A stretch of DNA of 64,000 nucleotides. Source: Eledone cirrhosa (taxonomy: Eukaryota). The notes beneath the pieces are model-generated. The model saw nothing but the letters and a program-made list of their open reading frames with translations, ran no database searches and had not been told where the DNA came from. The first letter of the stretch is position 1; every line of letters starts with the position of its first letter. Shown here in pieces: positions 36,163-64,000 of this stretch. The stretch lies in the NCBI GenBank assembly GCA_964016885.1, contig OZ024759.1, positions 36,208,001 to 36,272,000 on the forward strand. The letters are read 5' to 3'. A program made the translations under genes and the position numbers.

Positions 36163-36719
36163 TATTTGTGTTTATATCTTAATTATAAATAAATAGATAA
36201 GAAAAGAAAGAAAAAAGGAGAGGAAGCTATTAAGACTGAATATTAAATTAAGAAACGATCTTTTCCAGTTAACATCGGAATTTTGAGAAAGCTAATCACA
36301 TGATATTTAGAAGTGATTCTCTCAAGATATTCTCGGAATATATTGGCCAGCTGTTACACTGAAATATCTACTAATACATTAAAACATATTTTAAAGCTTT
36401 CATAAATACACACACAAAAACACTATAGTACACACACATACATACACATATCATTAAAGCCCCTCCCCTCTCTCTCTCTATATATGTGTGTGTGTGTGTG
36501 TCCGAACTCGTCCAATGGACTGACTGCTCTAATTACCACAGATATAATCTCCCGTTTTTTAACACTATACACACACACATACATATATATAACACTATAC
36601 ACACACACACACACATATATATATAACACTATACACACACATATATATAAACTATCTATTTCTCTCTCTATTTTCACCTAAATATCTTCCTTCTTCCTAT
36701 ATGTACATCGAAGGAATGT

Positions 36720-36902
36720 GTAGTAGTAATAGTAGTAGTAGTAGTAGTAGTTGTGAGGGTGGTGGTAGTAGCAGTTGTGGTGGTTGTAGTAGTAGTAGTG
36801 GTGGGGGTAGTAGTGTTAGTAGTAGTAACAGTTGTAGTAGTAGTAGTAGTAGTAGTAACAATTGTAGTAACAGTTGTAGTAGTAGTAGTAGTAGTAGCAG
36901 TG

Positions 36903-36944
<42 letters not shown>

Positions 36945-37060
36945 ACAGTTGTAGTAGTAGTAGTAGTAGTAGTAGTAGCAGTAGCAGTGGTGGTGGTGGT
37001 AGTAGTAGTAGTGTTAGTAGTACTAGTGGTGGTAGTAGTAATAGTAATGGTAGTAGCAAT
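36720..37060. repeat. (GTA/GTG)n trinucleotide repeat
   Basis: Direct inspection. Confidence 0.95.
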
Positions 37061-37289
37061 TGTTTCTAATTCAAGCTGAAGGTCAACAATCCGGGGTGGT
37101 GAAAGGGGGAATGTTGATTAACTTGACCTCAGTACATAACTGGTACTTTATTCTATTGATCTCTGTAAGGATGAGAAGGTAAGTTGGCTGACCTTGACAG
37201 AATTACAAGAATGTAAAGAGCTGAAACAAATACTTCATTGCTTTCTGTTCCACGCTTGACTGATTATGTCAATGTAACTTCAAATCTTG

Positions 37290-37325
<36 letters not shown>

Positions 37326-37569
37326 CATCATTTAATGTCCACTTTCCAAGCTAGTATGATGCGTTAGACAGGTTGTCCCATCAGAAGCAAGTTGGATCTT
37401 GCTCATATAGGACTGTTTGTGGCTAGATTTCTATGGCTGGATCCCCTTCCAATGCCAACCACATTTACACTGTGTTGGGTGCTTTTAGTCGTGACACCTA
37501 CACGACCACCTTACAGTGTGGGTATATATATATTCCAGAGTCGGGTCAAATCGATACAGAGCGAGTCTT

Positions 37570-37600
<31 letters not shown>

Positions 37601-37775
37601 TTATATATTTATATATATATAAATATATATTTATATATATATATAAGTTTATCCTGGGTTCAATCGGGGGTAACCACAGTAAGTAAGGTACTCAATACAT
37701 AGCAGAGTATAAATATTTAATATAGAAAAGGCTTCTACAGGACTAGAACTGTTTCATTCGGGAGAAATCATCAGA

Positions 37776-37824
37776 GCTTCCTGATGATTTCTCCCAAATG
37801 AAACAGTTCTAGTCCTGTAGAAGC
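37776..37824 (+). ncRNA. Type-I hammerhead ribozyme within a palindromic Penelope-like element (37648-37842)
   Basis: gcttc-CTGATGA-tttctcccaaat-GAAA-cag-ttctagtc-ctg-TA-gaagc: stem I 5 bp, stem III ACAG/CTGT, GUA triplet, weak stem II. Confidence 0.7.
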
Positions 37825-39342
37825 CTTTTCTATATTAAATATATATATATGGGTTATCTTCCCCTCAGTTACCCCTGCGCATCTTCTACAAACAAAGTCT
37901 TCCCTTCCTGTTAGTCTCCCCATTATCCACTACATCTCTTGTGTACCCAACATTTATATTGGTTGTTGGTTATGGCTGGTTTGAACAGAAAGAAGTGAGA
38001 GAATTCTGGCCAAATATGGCTGGTTTAAATGCTAAATGGGTGAAATCAGGCAATGGATTTAGTCTAGCATCGAAAATAATGAGGAAAATTGTAACCCCTT
38101 GTCTGTTGGATACCGCCCAATTGTTACATTCTCCTTAGTGGGTGAGTAGGTTGTTAGTAGGGACTTATAACTAGAGACATATTCCTGAGTAAATCTAAAC
38201 ATAATTAAACATAACATTTGCTGTAGAGAATCAAAATACACCCATGTCTGGCATTTCAATTTCTCAAATATGAACTTTCATATTTGAAAATAAGCATTAT
38301 ATAAGGATATGTTAAGAGGACTTTAAACAACTGTATATACATTGATCTGGCTAAAGCTATGTTATCAATAGGTTAGCAGTTGTAGAAGATAGCTATTTTA
38401 AGTATTCAAATTAGCATTTTTTTTTGTCTCTTCTAGTGCGGCTGCAGTGTGGCCAAATGGGTAAAGATGTTAGCTTTGTAATTATAAGGTTCTGGGTTTG
38501 ATGATCCCACTGGATCTTGTGTGGCATCTTGACCCTCACTTAACATAACCTCTGGTCGACCATTGCATTATGAGTGAAATTGGGTTGACAGAAACTGTGT
38601 GGAAGCCCCTCACAAGAAGGCCACCTGTTGTGTTTAGAATAGACACACTGTATCCCTGTGTGTCGTAAGAGGCGACCAAAAGGGTTGGTGTGAGAAAAGG
38701 CATCCTGCTGTAAAATATTACCCCCCCCCCCAAAAAAGTCCCGTCCAGCCCATGCCAGCATGGAAAAGTCAATGTATAACAACAATGATGATGATCATCA
38801 TCATCATGGTGATGACTAAGATGTTGACGACGATGACGGCGATGATGATGATGACAAGGATGATGATGACAATAATGATGAGGATAATGATGATGTTGAA
38901 TGGAAATAAGAGATTATGTGACCTTTAACTCATTTCTGAAGGTCATTAGTGACATAAATGACCTTGGAAATAGTAACTTAGATTTTATATAGAACATTTA
39001 CATATATTTACATATATTTAACATAAACTTTGTTCTGGGTTGAGTGTGAGTACTTGACTTGCTAGATATAACAGTCAAATCTCCATCAAACCACACCGTA
39101 TCATCTTAAAACAGGAAATATCCTTGGATGACAGTTAAAATAAAATATATATAGGCTCCAGATACCGTTATACATACATACACACATATATATCTAGATA
39201 TCTACATACACATCTATATCTACATACACACCTATATCTACATACACACCTATATATACACACCTATATATACATACACACCTATATCTACATACACATT
39301 GGTTTGATTAAAATAACCAGAGGCCGAACTGGTGATATTCCT

Positions 39343-39907
39343 TTAACCCTTTACCATTTACTCTATATATACTATTGTATTTAACCCTTTACCATTTACT
39401 CTATATATACTATTGTATTTAACCCTTTACCATTTACTCTATATATGCTATTGTATTTAACCCTTTACCATTTACTCTATATATACTATTGTATTTAACC
39501 CTTTACCATTTACTCTATATATACTATTGTATTTAACCCTTTACCATTTACTCTATATATACTATTGTATTTAACCCTTTACCATTTACTCTATATATAC
39601 TATTGTATTTAACCCTTTACCATTTACTCTATATATACTATTGTATTTAACCCTTTACCATTTACTCTATATATACTATTGTATTTAACCCTTTACCATT
39701 TACTCTATATATACTATAGTATATACTATTGTATTTTCACGGTAAACACTTTACCTCACATAATATCGAATCTATGAGGTTTTGATATTACTTATTTTGA
39801 GAACAATACTTTAACATCAGTATGAGTGGCCAGTTACATCTGGTTTAAACAGAAAGAGTTGAGAAAATTCTGACCAGATATAGCCGGTTTAAATGCTAAG
39901 GGGTTAA
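39343..39907. repeat. 38-bp minisatellite x10 formed from the left end of a piggyBac-type MITE, followed by the MITE body
   Basis: ttaaccctttaccatttactctatatatactattgtat at 39343+38n up to 39685; the MITE ends gggTTAA at 39907. Confidence 0.92.
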
Positions 39908-41326
39908 AGTTTTATTGTTGCAAAAACACAAAGGAACATCACCAGTCTGACCTCTTGTTATTTTAATCAAACCAATATTTTACCCCGTTCCTGCACCGAC
40001 CACAGGATTCAATATTAATGATGGATGAGTTACATAACGTAGAGTGCTTTCCTACTATTACATCATGATTAACTAAACAAAACGACCAGTTCTATCTAGT
40101 GGTGAATCACTAAACATAAATATATACATACCTACACATATCTAGATATCTACACACACATCTATATATAAATATACAAGGGCACATGATGTACACACAT
40201 AATTAACCCATATTGAAAGTCAAAGTATATCTACTTACATACATATCTATATATCTACATACATACATATCTATATATCTACTTACATACATATCTATAT
40301 ATCTACATACATATCTATATATCTACATACATATCTATATATCTACATACATACACATCTATATATCTAGACACACATCTATATATCTACATACATACAC
40401 ATCTATATATCTACATACATATCTATATATCTACATACATACATATCTATATATCTACATACACATCTACACACATACAAGAGCACATGATATATAAGAG
40501 CACATGATATATAAACATAATTAACCCATTTAAAACTTTTTAAATGTTAATTTATTTCTCATTGCGTAGATTTACTTTATCAAGATAAAAACAAAATAAT
40601 GTCATTGTTTCTTAGAATGTTGAAAGTCAAAGTATTAACACAAATATGTAGTCTTTGTGTTTAAATTATCAAAATAGTAGTGCACCTGAGCACTGTACAC
40701 AATCATTTCATTATTATTATTTAAGATAAACTATTATAAAAGGTTTAATAAAATATTGAAAGTCGAAATATTAACACAAATATTCTGTCTTTGTGTTTTA
40801 ATTACCAAAACAATGAAGAATTATAAAAGGTTTAGTGAAATAACTAACTTTCCATTTAATAATTGTTTGAAATTAAGTACAAGGCCATTTATTGTGGTGG
40901 CATTTCAAGTCAATTAAACCAACCCTAGTACTTGACTGATATTTTATTTTATAGACCCCAGGCAAAGATGACTTCACTGGGATTTGAACTCAGATTGTAA
41001 AAGGCTGTCAGCAACAAGACATTTCATCAGTCACTCTAACGATTCTGCTGACCTACACCTCTTATAATTAGTTACTCACTACAGTCTAAGTTCAAATCCT
41101 ACAAAGGTCAATTTTGTCTTACAGGTACTAATAAAATAATATAAATATAATCTCGTTATATCCATTATATGACTGTAGCACTGGTGCCATGTTAAAATGC
41201 ACCCAGTACACTCTGTAAACTGGCTGGCATTAGAACAGGCATGGGTAATGTTTGCTGTCTATTAATTTTAATTCATTTTTTTTTTTATTTTTATTTCCAG
41301 ATTGTTCCATTCATGTAGCTATCACC

Positions 41327-62949
<21,623 letters not shown>

Positions 62950-63704
62950 GTAAGACATACTCTTATATACATATTTAGGGAACTTATAGTTATATACATA
63001 TTTAGGGAACCTATAGTTATATACATAATTAGGGAACCTATAGTTATACACATATGATGTGATATGTATGTATGTCTGTATGTATGCAAGTATATGTATG
63101 AGATATTTATGAATTAAGAAGTTCAAATTATATAAATTTGTTGGGAATGTCCTCAAGGGAATAAATAACACTCATGAATAAATAACACTCATGACAATGT
63201 AGTAAATGTAAAAAAAACAGTGTTTGTATGTAAAATGATATTTTAACACCTTATTTACATCGAATTTGAAGTTGGTGAAAATCATCAAAATATTGACCAC
63301 GAATATAAGCCGACCTCATTTTGCCATCGATTATTAGGTCGCATATACCTCGGCTTATATTCAAGTATAAACGGTAACTCATTACTTTCCATCAAGCTAT
63401 GTTATTCTGATATTCTCTTTAACTTTTTTATCCTACTATTCTGTTTAATCAACATATTCTATGTAACTTGTATTTGTTTTGCAAGTTTTTGATATGAAAT
63501 CGTGTGTTGAAGATATTGTTATATTTGGGGAGGGTCATGTGGTCTTAATATTGCCAAAAGTAATAAATGAGAAATTATATTTATATTTATATTTTTAACT
63601 GTTGGTCAATCAATGATAAACATTGATTGGCAGTTAAATTATTTATAGAAATATAACAATATACTAAACCAAACCAAACAGAGTGTTTTATTATTACTTT
63701 TGGC

Positions 63705-63843
63705 AATTGATTTCAAATCCTGCTGAGGCTAGCTTTGCAGGGTCGATAAAATAAAGTACCAGTGACGAACTGGGGTCGATTCAATCGACTTTCCCCTTCC
63801 TCAAAATTGCTGTCCTTGTGCTTAAATCAGAAACCATTATTAT
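63705..63843 (+). mobile_element. Nin-type SINE, 5'-truncated
   Basis: gggtcgataaaataaagtaccag...ggggtcgattcaatcgac...ccttgtgcttaaatcagaaaccattattatt. Confidence 0.75.
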
Positions 63844-64000
63844 TTTTGGCCATATTAGGACCCCCTGACCCCCCAATATAACAATATCTATGTAACTTAT
63901 TCTTTATCAATTAACTCATGTTATTTATTCTGATATTAATTCGTTTTGTTCCAATTTTTTTCTTTATAATTTCTTATTGTAACAGAATAACTTCGAGAAA

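Overview
Eukaryotic, AT-rich and microsatellite-saturated genomic DNA. The SINE/LINE repertoire points to an octopod cephalopod (inference). Three intron-containing genes lie on the + strand: the last four coding exons of mitochondrial aspartyl-tRNA synthetase (DARS2), a complete 10-exon DNAAF5/HEATR2 gene (about 829 aa), and the 5' part of a VPS13A/C-like gene (18 exons traced by hand plus a probable further one at the window edge). The rest is repeats: R4/Dong, CRE, RTE and CR1 LINE fragments, a mariner relic, tRNA-derived SINEs, piggyBac-, Tc1/mariner- and hAT-type MITEs, minisatellites and very long (TA)n tracts. Most long ORFs in the supplied track are repeat artefacts. Most notable: (1) many unrelated small fold-back (Penelope-like) elements carrying type-I hammerhead ribozyme cores, several apparently intact; (2) a 79-bp tandem amplification of a VPS13 splice acceptor creating stop-containing decoy acceptors; (3) an expected ~43-nt VPS13 exon that I cannot find; (4) a 2.4-kb intronic array with an NF-kB-type site in most of its ~90 units; (5) minisatellites repeatedly born from transposon termini. 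I found no evidence for a novel multi-gene system. All calls are from manual reading; no database search was run.
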